From positions 119,663 through 183,662 of the forward strand of contig CATQHI010000008.1 in the NCBI GenBank assembly GCA_958295895.1: a stretch of DNA of 64,000 nucleotides, given 5' to 3'. The notes beneath the pieces are model-generated. The model saw only the letters and a program-made list of their open reading frames with translations, was not told where the DNA came from and made no database searches. Below, in pieces: positions 18,748 through 28,611 of this stretch. How positions within the stretch are numbered: position 1 is the first letter of the stretch; the number at the start of each line of letters is the position of its first letter. Position numbers and translations under genes: made by a program. The stretch comes from Saprospiraceae bacterium. GTDB lineage: Bacteria > Bacteroidota > Bacteroidia > Chitinophagales > Saprospiraceae.

Positions 18748-20178
18748 GTGAGGCGATACACGGGTGTGGTGATGGGTCTGTTTACGGTGCTCCTGCTGGG
18801 CAGTCTGGGTCGCTGTGCCGGATCGGGGGAGGATGCCGACGGGCAACGGCTGTTTCGTGCGGCCTGCGCCTCCTGTCACCAACTGCCCGAACCTACCGAT
18901 CTGCCCCGTGCTACCTGGGACACCATCATTCTACCCCGAATGCGTGCGTTTATGGCCGACGCTACGCCACTGCGTACTACCGGCTACACGGATGCCGAGT
19001 GGGTAAGCATCCGTCGCTACCTGCTACAGCATGCCCCCGATACCCTCACCGCACCTCAGCTGGCCGTGGCGGGTACGGCCCCCTTCCGGGCTAGGTTCAC
19101 CGAGACCTTTATGAGTCCGCCGAGTACGAGCTACGTAGAGATCCTACCCGGGCGTGGACTACTAGCGGCTGACATCAATAAGGAGCGGCTCTGGGTGTAC
19201 GATACCGCGCTCGTGGCCCGGCAGGAGTTAGCTACGGGTCCGGGCATAACGGACATCAGTACCTACGCCGGGGTGAGCTACGCCACGGTACTGGGTTCCT
19301 TCACCCCTACCGATGACCTGGTAGGCACGCTGGTACGTATCGACGCGGAGGGGGTGAGCCTACTGCACCAGGGGCTGCGCCGGCCGACCACCCTACTGGC
19401 CATGAACACGGATGCCGACCCGGAGCCGGAGTTCGTGGTCACGGAGTACGGACGCTGGGGGGGCGCCCTAAAACTGTACGACCGGCAGGTGGACGGAAGC
19501 TACCGCGCGGAGGTGCTCGGCGCACAGACCGGAGCGGTAAGCGTATTGCAGGAGTCGGACTCCACGCTGCTGGTCCTCTACGCTCAGGGCAACGAATCGT
19601 TGGTACGCTACACCCTGGGGGCTGGGGGATTCCGGGGCCGGCAGGTGCTACGGTTTCCCCCTTCCTACGGCTCGGTCGCTATCCACCTGGTGGACTGGAA
19701 CGGCGACGGGCGGCGAGACCTCCTGTACGTGAACGGGGACAATGCCGACTACCATCCGGTCGTCAAGCCCTACCACGGCCTGCGCATTTTCCTGGCCGGG
19801 GCCGCTGGAGGCTACACCGAGGAGTTATTTTTGCCGGTACCCGGAGCTTACGATGCCGTGGCTACCGATCTGGACGGGGACGGCAACCTGGAGCTGGCCG
19901 CCATTTCGTTTTTTCCGGACTACCGGCAGCCGGAGCCGCTGGCGGCGGTCGTCTTTCGCAAGTCCGAAGGGAAGTGGCAGCGCTACCGACTACCGGCGAG
20001 TGATAAGGGGCGCTGGGTCTGTCTTTCGGCCGGTGATCTGGATGGTGATGGGGATACGGACCTAGTGGCTGGGAGTCTTAGCATGCAGCCGGTACCGGAT
20101 CGGGGACAACTGGCTGGCTGGGTAGCCAATGGTCTTCCCTTCATCCTGTGGGAAAACCGGGGCATGGGGTGGGAGTAA
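18748..20178 (+). CDS. FG-GAP/VCBS-repeat protein with N-terminal c-type heme motif
   Basis: 476 aa. It has a signal peptide, then CASCHQ, and later DWNGDGRRDLLYVNGD, TDLDGDGNLELA and GDLDGDGDTDLV repeats. The start could be GTG 18748 or ATG 18772. Confidence 0.7.
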   Translation: MRRYTGVVMGLFTVLLLGSLGRCAGSGEDADGQRLFRAACASCHQLPEPTDLPRATWDTIILPRMRAFMADATPLRTTGYTDAEWVSIRRYLLQHAPDTLTAPQLAVAGTAPFRARFTETFMSPPSTSYVEILPGRGLLAADINKERLWVYDTALVARQELATGPGITDISTYAGVSYATVLGSFTPTDDLVGTLVRIDAEGVSLLHQGLRRPTTLLAMNTDADPEPEFVVTEYGRWGGALKLYDRQVDGSYRAEVLGAQTGAVSVLQESDSTLLVLYAQGNESLVRYTLGAGGFRGRQVLRFPPSYGSVAIHLVDWNGDGRRDLLYVNGDNADYHPVVKPYHGLRIFLAGAAGGYTEELFLPVPGAYDAVATDLDGDGNLELAAISFFPDYRQPEPLAAVVFRKSEGKWQRYRLPASDKGRWVCLSAGDLDGDGDTDLVAGSLSMQPVPDRGQLAGWVANGLPFILWENRGMGWE

Positions 20179-20362
20179 CCCCATTATTCGACTGAATTGT
20201 CATGAAAAACTCATCTCGTGGAATAGTCAGAACGACAAACTATAATTTGCTCCCAACCGCCTAAATGTCGAACTTGTCGCAATTTTTTGGGGTTCGACCC
20301 AAAGCAAATTTTGTAGCAACTGTTAAACGGGCGTTAAATGATACCATTTGGGTAAGAAAATC

Positions 20363-20394
20363 TTGCACATGTCATGCCGCTCGGTCTATATTTG
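20363..20394 (+). promoter_or_regulatory. Putative promoter (-33 TTG / -7 TATATTTG) for the ECF sigma factor
   Basis: TTG at 20363-20365, a 21-nt spacer, then TATATTTG at 20387-20394. This implies a roughly 135-nt leader. Confidence 0.35.
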
Positions 20395-20528
20395 AATCAT
20401 CAAAGGGGCTGCACCCCCTCTTACAGTTTCTAAAGTCTTTATATCGTCTAACGTCTACACTAACTGTGACTGGCAGTCGCGCCAGCCTCCTGCTTCGGGG
20501 ATAATCCCAAATTGAAACATTGTTAGTA

Positions 20529-21110
20529 ATGGACGTTACCACGTACAACGATCAGGAACTGATCAACCTCTACCTTTCTGGCCAGGACCGCGCATTCGAG
20601 GAGCTCCTCGGACGCCACCAGCAGAAAATCTACACCTCCATCTACCTCTTCACGAAGGACCACAGCAAGGCTGAGGACATCTTCCAGGAGGTGTTCATCA
20701 AAATCATCGACACGCTGCGGCGCGGCAAGTACAACCACGAGGGCAAGTTCCTGCAGTGGGCCATGCGCATCTCGTACAACATGTGCGTCGATTCGTTCCG
20801 CCGCAACAAGCGCCGCCCCCAGGTCGGCCAGACGGAAACCTTCAACATCTTCGACGTGCTGCAGGCCCCCGAGGACAACGCCGAGCAGGGCATGATCCGC
20901 TCGCAGACCCACGATAAGGTGCGCAAGCTCGTCGACGCTCTGCCGCCCGAGCAGCGCGAGGTGGTCATCCTGCGCCACTACGCCGACATGAGCTTCAAGG
21001 AGATCGCCAAGCTTACCCGCGTCAGCATCAACACCGCCCTGGGCCGGATGCGCTACGCCCTGATCAACATGCGCAAGATGATCGAGGAGAAGGAGATCGT
21101 GCTGCAGTAG
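20529..21110 (+). CDS. RNA polymerase sigma-70 family ECF sigma factor
   Basis: Region 2 (AEDIFQEVFIKI, FLQWAMRISYNMCVDSFRR) and region 4 (REVVILRHYADMSFKEIAKLTRVSINTALGRMRYA) are present. ATG 20529 is preferred over TTG 20520. Confidence 0.85.
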   Translation: MDVTTYNDQELINLYLSGQDRAFEELLGRHQQKIYTSIYLFTKDHSKAEDIFQEVFIKIIDTLRRGKYNHEGKFLQWAMRISYNMCVDSFRRNKRRPQVGQTETFNIFDVLQAPEDNAEQGMIRSQTHDKVRKLVDALPPEQREVVILRHYADMSFKEIAKLTRVSINTALGRMRYALINMRKMIEEKEIVLQ

Positions 21111-21142
21111 GCACACGCCTCCGTTTTCCCGAAGCAAGTTAG

Positions 21143-21177
21143 AAGCCCCGCTACCTATTCAGGTGGCGGGGCTTTTC
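21143..21177. terminator. Bidirectional rho-independent terminator
   Basis: aagccccgctacc (21143-21155) pairs with ggtggcggggctt (21162-21174), followed by TTT. It sits between the convergent sigma factor and susD-like genes. Confidence 0.55.
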
Positions 21178-21199
21178 TCGTCTCCTCGTCGGCCGAGGC

Positions 21200-22501
21200 C
21201 TACCCCTCAGAAAGCGGCACCGGAAACTGAGTAAACACATCATCCCCCTCCCGATCGATGGGCAAGAAATTAGCATTTAATCGCCCGTAGCGGCGTAGGT
21301 CCCACATCCGGTGGCCTTCGCCCCAGAGGCTGTAGCAGCGCTGGTAGAGCATCTCGTCGATAAGAGCCTCCTGGGTCATGGCCCCGTCGTAGTCATCTAG
21401 CCCGGCAGCCTCCCGGATCACGTTCAGCGCCTCCACGCCCTCCTCCAGGTTACCGAGGTTGATGTTAGCCTCGGCGTAGATGAGTACGAGCTCCTCGTTA
21501 CGGATGATATCGATGGGCGAGGTGGCGGATGTGTAGAGAGCGGTCTCGTACTGCCCGTTAAGGCCGTCCTGTCCGGCGGTCTGCTCCCGCAGGCGAAACT
21601 TATTCAGACGATTATCCCCCTCGGTGGCGTTCTCGATGATACGGGGGTGCACTACGAGTTGATCGCCGCTCTGGCCGGGGGCTTTATAGAGCGGGTTGAG
21701 CAAATCGCCTGGGTTAGTGCTGAAGACATGCTGGACCGCCGTGCCAAGGTTTCCGTTCAGGTCCAGGAAACTACTATCTACGTAGTCCAGTGCGGCCTGG
21801 TAGCGGGCCGCATGCGTAGCCACTCGGGCGGCAATGGCCCGGTTGAATAGGGAAAACGTCTCCGGGGTATTGAAGCCGGCAAAGCCGTCCGATAGGGTGA
21901 AGGCAAACGAGGCCCCATCGAGCTGACCGTCCGCCTCGTCGAGGAGCCCCAGGATCGCATCGTAGCTTGCCTCCTCACTCAGAAAGGGGCCCAGATTTTC
22001 GGGATCGGCTACATCGAGGCGGATGCCATTGCTACCCAGCATATCGAGCACCTGGCTTAGCATGTAGGCCTTGATGGTGTTGGCATACGCCCGGTAGCCC
22101 TGCTTCTCCGCATCACTAAGTAGATCGGCGTTCTCTAGGGCCTGTAGCAATAGGTTTACATCCTTGACCACCCGGTACCGCGAGGCGAAGGGTCCGGTCA
22201 GGTAAAAGGTGTTGGCGTCCAGTACTAGGTCTCCCTTACCCAGTAGATCTCGCGTATTGCGGGGATCGGCATCGAAAATGTACAACTCCCGTGCAATGGT
22301 ACCCGAGGCAGTAACATAGCTGGTAAAGCCGGCGCGCATATCCGCCTCGATACCCGTGGCGAGCAGGGCCAGCTGGGCGGGCGTGGCGGTCTCCAGGACG
22401 CCGGCTATACTCGTGCCGTTCGGGTCCGATTGTTCGTCAAAGCTACAGGCTACACCCGTCAGGCAGAGCATGCTACAGAGAAAATAGTGATGGATCTTCA
22501 T
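21200..22501 (-). CDS. SusD/RagB-family nutrient-binding outer-membrane lipoprotein
   Basis: 433 aa with a lipoprotein signal (LCLTGVACS). The C-terminal region ...RCYSLWGEGHRMWDLRRYGRLN is typical of SusD-like proteins, and the gene lies directly downstream of a SusC-like gene. Confidence 0.85.
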   Translation of the reverse strand: MKIHHYFLCSMLCLTGVACSFDEQSDPNGTSIAGVLETATPAQLALLATGIEADMRAGFTSYVTASGTIARELYIFDADPRNTRDLLGKGDLVLDANTFYLTGPFASRYRVVKDVNLLLQALENADLLSDAEKQGYRAYANTIKAYMLSQVLDMLGSNGIRLDVADPENLGPFLSEEASYDAILGLLDEADGQLDGASFAFTLSDGFAGFNTPETFSLFNRAIAARVATHAARYQAALDYVDSSFLDLNGNLGTAVQHVFSTNPGDLLNPLYKAPGQSGDQLVVHPRIIENATEGDNRLNKFRLREQTAGQDGLNGQYETALYTSATSPIDIIRNEELVLIYAEANINLGNLEEGVEALNVIREAAGLDDYDGAMTQEALIDEMLYQRCYSLWGEGHRMWDLRRYGRLNANFLPIDREGDDVFTQFPVPLSEG

Positions 22502-22527
22502 CAGGAGGTATATTAGAAGCGCACGCC

Positions 22528-22550
22528 GGGGCGGGGCCGCAGGTGCGGGG
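22528..22550. repeat. Copy of dispersed GC-rich repeat in the susC-susD spacer
   Basis: ggggcggggccgcaggtgcgggg. It differs from 61158-61183 by 2 substitutions over 26 nt and contains the dyad CCGCA-GG-TGCGG. Confidence 0.8.
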
Positions 22551-22570
22551 TGGTTAGAGAAGGAGCCGGA

Positions 22571-25501
22571 CTAAAAGTCAAAACCGAGGTTAAGGTAAAA
22601 CTGCTTGCTGCTGGGGAAGGGGGCCACCTCCAGGTTGGTAGACAGGCCAGAACCCCCGTTGACGGAGGCTTCCGGATCGTAGCTGCTGTAATCGGTAATG
22701 GTGAAAATATTGCGGCCCGAAATGCCAATGCGAAGGCCCTGGATGAAGGTGTCGCCGAGCGGGACCCGGTAGGCAATCCCGGCCTCCCGGAGCCGGAAGT
22801 AGGAGCCGTCCTCGATGAAGCCTTCCAGATTGTCGAACTCCCGGGGAGTGGTATTGCCCAGATTAGTCAGCAGCCGCGTAAGGTTAAGCACATCACTACC
22901 CTGCCGCCAGTGGAAAAGAAAGTTTACGTCCAAATTCTGAAAAAGGGTGAAGTTGTTGCCCCAGCCAAATTGGAAGTCCGGCTCGGCATTGCCGATCTGA
23001 GTAGGGACGCCTCCTACGTTACCCCAGAGCCCCGTAATCGGCGAGCCTTCGTTGAGGTAGAAGGTACCCAAACTAAGACCGAAGCCCACGTTTGGGGGTA
23101 CAAAGCTGGGAATGTCCTCGCCCTCACTACCGTCCGGTATGCCCAGTCGTGTTACTTCACTACGGTTGAGCCAGAAGTTAAGGGTAGTGCGGTACTCGAA
23201 GTCGGGCCCCCGGAAGGGTGTGAGCCCGAGTTGAAATTCAAAGCCCTGGTTGCGCAGATCGAGGTCACTGCGGATCTCGCTACTGAAGCCCGTAGAAGTA
23301 GGAATGGAGCGATCGTACAGCAGGTTGTTTACGTCGCGGATGTAGTAGGTTGCCGTGACGTTGACCTTGTTGTCGAATAGGCCAAAATCGGTACCGAACT
23401 CCAGCTCCGAACTGGTCTCCGGCTCTAAGTCTTCTCGGCCCTGACTACCGGCTACGGTCAGGCCAGGGCGCCCCCCGATACCATTGGTGGCCAGCGAGGT
23501 AAAGAGCCTACCAAACGTGGCACTGTTGCCGGTTTGGCCGTAGGCCACCCGTAGCTTCAATTGGTCGATGGGCCCGCCCTCATTCCAGAACTCGAACTCG
23601 TGGAGGTTGAGGGCCACCGAGGCGCGTGGGAAGGCGAAAAACTTGTTAGGATCGCCGTTAAGGGTAGATTTGTCGAAGCGTACGCCGGCCGTCATGATCA
23701 CCCGGTCACTGACGTTGACTTCTTCCTGAATGAGGTAGCCAAACTCCTCCACGTCCGACAGATTCTGGAAGGTCTGCTGGGCGCCGCCCTGCGCCAGGTT
23801 GGTCTGTAGCGGGATCAGCTGGGTGGTCTGGCTCAGGAGGTTATCCGCCGATTGGTTGAGGTAGGTGATGCCCGCCTGGGTCGTGAAGTTAATACCGCTA
23901 TCGGTGTAAAAATCGTGTACCGCTATAGCGCTGTAGTTGTAGTTGAACAGGTCATTCTTGCCCTCTGCCAGGAAGCCATTCTGTAGGCCGCGCTGCGATT
24001 GAAAGGTTTCGGGCACGTAGACGAAAGTTTTGCCCAGGATAAAATCGAGGCCACCGTTGAAAATCAGACTCAGCGACTGCTGATTGGTTTGGAGTAAGCG
24101 ATAGTTCACATTGATGCCCTCCAGGATACGGTCGATGTTCTCCTCGTTACGCGTCTGGTCGCGCGTCTGTAGGGGATTACCGGAGAAGTTAGGATTATCG
24201 GGGTAGATGCCGTTTTCGTCCGGAAACAGGTTGACGTAGTCGCGGGTAAAGGCCAGGGTGTAGCCGTAGCTTAGTCCGCCCTCGTTTTCGTTGCCGCTGA
24301 AGGAGCGGGAGGCCTGGGAGCGGATGTAACTCGTATTAGACTGTACCTTGAGCCGATCGTTAACCTGATGCGAAACGTTGCCCCGCAGGGTGAAGCGCTT
24401 GTATCCGGTGTTCTTGATGATGCCATCTTCATCGCGCCAACTGCCGCTAACGAAGAAGTTGGTCTTTTCGTTACCCCCGCTGACCTTGAGGCGGCTATCG
24501 GTGATGAAGCCCTCCTCTCCGTAGATGATGTCTTCGTAGTCGAAGATCTCACCGCGGGCCAGGGCGGCTTCATAGTCGGCACGGGCCTGGCGGCCGGCGG
24601 CCTGTTGGTCGGGGTTTGCTCCGCCAAATTCGGCCTCCGCCTGCTCGGGGGTAAAGGTCCGGCGGCCTACTTTGCGGATGATGGTGTTGAAACCGAGGTC
24701 CTGGTTAAAGGTCACCTTGGTGCGTCCCGACGTTCCCTTTTTCGTGGTGATGATGACCACGCCGGCATTGGCCCGGGTGCCGTAGATCGCGGCCGCGGAG
24801 GCTCCCTTCAGCACCTCGATACTTTCGATGTCGTCCGGGTTTAGGTCGGCCACGCGATTAGAGGCAGACTCCTCGTTGGGTGAATTGGCTCCGGAGGCAA
24901 AGCGCGATCCGCTGGGGATCTCTGCGTTGGAGATGTAGATACCATCGACGATGAATAGCGGCTGGTTGTTGCCCGATAGCGACGACACTCCCCGTAGGCG
25001 AACGGCGTAGCCACCTCCCGGCGCACCACTGGTCTGGGTGATGTTTACCCCCGTTAGCTTACCGTACAGCGCGCCATCTACCGTCTGCTGGGTGGTAACG
25101 CCCGTGAGCTCCTCCCCACTGACCACCGACACGGCATTGGCCAGATTAGACCGCTTGATGGTACTGGCCAGGCCCGTCACCACTACCTGCTCCAGGTTGG
25201 CTACATCTTCTTCCAGGGTGATGTCTAGGGGGGCAATGTCGCGCTCGACGTCCACCACCTGAGTAGCAAAGCCCGTATAGCTTAGGCGAAGTTGACTGCG
25301 GTCGTCCGGGATCTGCACCTCGAAATTGCCCTCGAAGTCCGTAACGGTACCGGTCGTCGTACCTACTACCAGGATGGAGACCCCCACCAATGGTTCGCCG
25401 GTAGCATCCTTGACGGTGCCGGAGACGGGGTACTGAGCAAGTAAAATTGTCGGTAGTAGCAGGCAAAGGGCTACCCGCCAGTGGGTAAGGGTGCTAAGCA
25501 T
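22571..25501 (-). CDS. SusC/RagA-family TonB-dependent outer-membrane receptor
   Basis: 976 aa. It has an N-terminal carboxypeptidase-regulatory-like domain (VSGTVKDATGEPLVGVSILV), a TonB box/plug region, and a C-terminal beta-barrel ending ...FYLNLGFDF. Confidence 0.9.
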   Translation of the reverse strand: MLSTLTHWRVALCLLLPTILLAQYPVSGTVKDATGEPLVGVSILVVGTTTGTVTDFEGNFEVQIPDDRSQLRLSYTGFATQVVDVERDIAPLDITLEEDVANLEQVVVTGLASTIKRSNLANAVSVVSGEELTGVTTQQTVDGALYGKLTGVNITQTSGAPGGGYAVRLRGVSSLSGNNQPLFIVDGIYISNAEIPSGSRFASGANSPNEESASNRVADLNPDDIESIEVLKGASAAAIYGTRANAGVVIITTKKGTSGRTKVTFNQDLGFNTIIRKVGRRTFTPEQAEAEFGGANPDQQAAGRQARADYEAALARGEIFDYEDIIYGEEGFITDSRLKVSGGNEKTNFFVSGSWRDEDGIIKNTGYKRFTLRGNVSHQVNDRLKVQSNTSYIRSQASRSFSGNENEGGLSYGYTLAFTRDYVNLFPDENGIYPDNPNFSGNPLQTRDQTRNEENIDRILEGINVNYRLLQTNQQSLSLIFNGGLDFILGKTFVYVPETFQSQRGLQNGFLAEGKNDLFNYNYSAIAVHDFYTDSGINFTTQAGITYLNQSADNLLSQTTQLIPLQTNLAQGGAQQTFQNLSDVEEFGYLIQEEVNVSDRVIMTAGVRFDKSTLNGDPNKFFAFPRASVALNLHEFEFWNEGGPIDQLKLRVAYGQTGNSATFGRLFTSLATNGIGGRPGLTVAGSQGREDLEPETSSELEFGTDFGLFDNKVNVTATYYIRDVNNLLYDRSIPTSTGFSSEIRSDLDLRNQGFEFQLGLTPFRGPDFEYRTTLNFWLNRSEVTRLGIPDGSEGEDIPSFVPPNVGFGLSLGTFYLNEGSPITGLWGNVGGVPTQIGNAEPDFQFGWGNNFTLFQNLDVNFLFHWRQGSDVLNLTRLLTNLGNTTPREFDNLEGFIEDGSYFRLREAGIAYRVPLGDTFIQGLRIGISGRNIFTITDYSSYDPEASVNGGSGLSTNLEVAPFPSSKQFYLNLGFDF

Positions 25502-25650
25502 ATATACGGTTGTTGGCGCGTTATTCGCCGCTCAATGTACCGCATTTAGTCACGTGCGCAAATTTATTCTTGGTATCAAGGTTAATGGGCCGAATTCCAC
25601 GGGGTGATCGGCGGACCGGGAGGCCACGCTGCCTTGCCCTACTCGTATCA

Positions 25651-25677
25651 GTTTGCACCGGCGCACCCGCCCCCTGC
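25651..25677. repeat. Copy (reverse orientation) of dispersed GC-rich repeat, intergenic
   Basis: The reverse complement gcagggggcgggtgcgccggtgcaaac resembles 13447-13472 and 43161-43180. Confidence 0.6.
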
Positions 25678-25704
25678 TTACCTTTGTGCCCCGGAATCTC
25701 ACCT

Positions 25705-26820
25705 ATGCTGCAACCCACCCCGAACCACCAAACTCCGCCGACCCACCTGCTGGGCGTGCTGCGTACCCTCTGGCAGTGGCGCCGGCCGATCGTGCTGACT
25801 ACCCTGGCCGGAGCCGTGCTGGCCGTAGTGATCTCGCTACTGCTGCCGGTCTACTACACCGGCTTTACCTCCTTCGTGGCAATTAGTCCGGAGCAGATTT
25901 CGATCGAGAGCACCTTCGGCACGAGTACTAACCGTATCCAGTTTTACGGCACGGGCGACGATATTGACCGCCTGTTGAGCATCGCGGAGAGTAACGAACT
26001 GGTCGATTTCATGGTCGATACCTTCAAGCTGTACGGCGTCTACGGCATCGACAGCACCTCCCTGAAGGGGCCGGTGAAGGTGGCCCAGAAGTTCCGCAGC
26101 TACTACGAGGTGGAGCGCTCGCCGCGCGACATCCTGGAGCTGACCGTCGAAGACCGCAACCCGGTGCGGGCCGCCGCCATGGCCACCGCCGCCCGCCGCC
26201 ACATCGATGCGCTGAACCTGAGCCTGATCCGCGCTACCCACCGCCGCAATGCCGACGGACTGGCCCAGGAGGTGGGGCAGAGTGAGCAGCAACTGGCCGA
26301 GTTGAGCACCCGGCTCTCGGAACTGCGCCGTACCTCGGGGGTATACAGTACCGAGGCCCAGAGCGAGGCGCTCTCTACCCTCTCCGGGCAGCTCGATCAG
26401 CAACTGGCCCTTACGGAGGCGCGGCTGGAGGCCTTCCGGGAGCGGGGGGTACGCGACAGCATCAACCGGTTGAGCGTGAACCTGATCGGTCTGCAGCGCT
26501 CGCGCGCCGCGCTCGATGAGCAGCTTCAGAAGTACAACGGCAGTGTGAGCCAGATCGCGAGCCTGGAGGAGGAACGCCTCCAGGCCAATGAGTCCCTGAC
26601 GGAGAACCGCCTACGCCTGCAGCAGTATCAGACGATCCTGAACGGGGAGCGGCGTACCCTGGAGGTCATCGAGGAGGCCCAGGTACCGCTGGTAAAATCC
26701 TCGCCCGTCCGCTGGCTGATCGTCAGTATCGCTACCACCGTGACCTTCTTCTTCGCCGTGATCGGCGTGCTGCTGCTGGATACGGGGCGGCGGTACGACT
26801 GGACAAGCATCACCCGGTGA
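25705..26820 (+). CDS. Wzz/GumC-like polysaccharide chain-length determinant protein
   Basis: ATG 25705 (MLQPTPN...). The protein has an N-terminal TM helix, a long coiled-coil periplasmic region, and a C-terminal TM helix (WLIVSIATTVTFFFAVIGVLLL), the typical PCP/Wzz topology. Confidence 0.65.
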   Translation: MLQPTPNHQTPPTHLLGVLRTLWQWRRPIVLTTLAGAVLAVVISLLLPVYYTGFTSFVAISPEQISIESTFGTSTNRIQFYGTGDDIDRLLSIAESNELVDFMVDTFKLYGVYGIDSTSLKGPVKVAQKFRSYYEVERSPRDILELTVEDRNPVRAAAMATAARRHIDALNLSLIRATHRRNADGLAQEVGQSEQQLAELSTRLSELRRTSGVYSTEAQSEALSTLSGQLDQQLALTEARLEAFRERGVRDSINRLSVNLIGLQRSRAALDEQLQKYNGSVSQIASLEEERLQANESLTENRLRLQQYQTILNGERRTLEVIEEAQVPLVKSSPVRWLIVSIATTVTFFFAVIGVLLLDTGRRYDWTSITR

Positions 26821-28276
26821 CCCCCACCCTGCTCCGCATCTACGTGGGCTACGCTGCCACGGTACTGCTCAGCGTAGGCGTGGCCACTGTTAGCGGCGCT
26901 TACTGGGTGGCGGGCTTGCCCGTGCTGCTGTGGGTGGCAGTGCAGTCGGTGCTCGATTTTCGGGCCCTGTTCTGGCTACTACTCATCATGATCCCGCTGG
27001 GTACGGAGGTGAACCTGCCGGGGGGTATCGGTACGGACCTGCCTACGGAGCCGATCGCCGTGGGGCTTACCGGACTGCTGATCGTGCACCTGGTACGCTA
27101 CTGGCCGCAGTACGACCGGCGGACCTTTCTGCATCCCATCGCCTTACTGCTGTACCTACACGTGGTCTGGATTCTGGTGGCCAGCGTATTCGGGAGATTC
27201 CACTGATCAGTCTGAAGTTTTCGCTGGCCAAGCTGTGGTACGTGGGGGCATTCTTCCTGCTCCCGCTGCTACTGCTGACCACACCACGGCGGGTAACCAT
27301 CTTTGCGCACTGTGTTTTCTGGCCGCTACTCTTCGTGGCGGTTCAGACGCTGCTACGGCACGCCGGCTACGGCTTTAGCTTCGCCGATCAGTTCCACACC
27401 ATGCACCCCTTCATGCGCAACCACGTAAGCTACGCGGGGTGCCTGGCCACCTTCACGCCCTGGCTGGGGTACCTGATCGTGCAGCGGCGGCGGGCGGGGC
27501 GTAGCTACAAGTGGCTGCTTTACGGCATCGGCGCGCTGTGGCTGCTGGCTATCGGACTGGCCTTCACCCGGGCGGCCTACGTGGCGCTGGTGGGGGCCGC
27601 AGCGGCCTTTTACGTCATCCGGCAGCGGCTACTTCGTCCCGCGCTCGTACTGGTCCTAGTGGCCGGCGTGGCTACGGCGGTGTACTTCACCTACGACGAC
27701 AAGTACCTGGACTACGCGCCGGACTACGACACGACGATCTCCCACCAGCAGTTCAACGACCTCCTCTCGGCTACCTACCAGCTCGAGGACATCTCCACGA
27801 TGGAACGCTTTTACCGCTGGGTAGCGGGCGGTAATATGATCCCCTACCGCCCCCTCACGGGCTTCGGCCCGGGCAACTTCGTCGAGCACTACCAAGCCTA
27901 TACCAACAACAACTTCGTTACCTACGTCAGCGATAATCTGGAGCGTAGCGGCATCCACAATTACTACCTGATGACGCTGGTGGAGCAGGCTATCCGGGCT
28001 TATTCTTTCTACTGCTCTTTATGGCCGGCGTGCTCGTGTACGGTGAGCAGCTCTACCACCGGCAGCCGGACCCGGAGGCGCGGGGCGGCCATCATGGCGG
28101 GGCTGCTGTCAGTACTCATTGTGGCGGCCTTCTGTATCATCAACGACGTACTGGAGACCGACAAGATCGGCACGCTCTTTTTTCTCAGCATCGCCATCAT
28201 CATCACCATGGGCACTTACCGGAGCGGGCAACTACCTAGTAGTCCGCCAGCCAGTACAGGACCATCCATAGGCTGA
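26817..28276 (+). pseudogene. O-antigen ligase (Wzy_C)-family membrane protein; three frameshifts as sequenced
   Basis: The GTG start overlaps the wzz-like stop (GTGA). The frames run 0, then 2 at GGG 27192-27194, then 1 at GG 27988-27989, then back to 2 at GGGG 28082-28085. The segment LVEQGYPGLFFLLLFMAGVLVYGEQLYHR reads sensibly only in the third frame. Confidence 0.7.
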
Positions 28277-28611
28277 GCACTCCACTCACCAGGCTCACCG
28301 TCAGGTAGGTCAGTGCCAGCGTCCAGTACCCGCCGTGGGCAAGCTCGAGGATCTCGACGGCGTAGGTGGAAAAGGTCGAAAACCCGCCGCAGAAGCCCGT
28401 GAGTAGAAACAGCTGCGCCGGTCGGCCGAGCTGACCGCGACTTAGTAGCGCTACGCCTAACCCTAGGAGGAGGCAGGCTACAAAATTTGCCGCGAAGGTG
28501 GACCAGGGAAAGTGACCCTGCCGCAGGGGTCCCCGCGGGCAGCAGTACGGCGAGCCCGTACCGACCCACCGCACCCAGGCCCCCGCCCAGGAACACCCAG
28601 GCTACATTCAT
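28236..28611 (-). pseudogene. crcB: Fluoride channel CrcB; one frameshift as sequenced
   Basis: The N-terminus MNVAWVFLGGGLGAVGRYGL (frame of 28216-28611) joins FPWSTFAANFVACLLLG...GFCGGFSTFSTY (ORF 28236-28574). The shift lies within 28508-28540. The ATG overlaps the upstream stop (ATGA). Confidence 0.8.

Noticed and set aside
20265-20504. 79-aa ORF upstream of the ECF sigma factor.
   Set aside because: It overlaps the predicted promoter and leader, has no recognisable motif and an atypical composition. It is not excluded, but it is unsupported.
28569-28592. Weaker look-alikes of the GC-rich repeat: 28569-28592 in crcB, 19628-19646, 27491-27503, 30683-30702, 53325-53346, 60396-60415.
   Set aside because: The similarity is partial. 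The crcB case is explained by codons for the conserved GGGLGA motif. These were not counted as copies.
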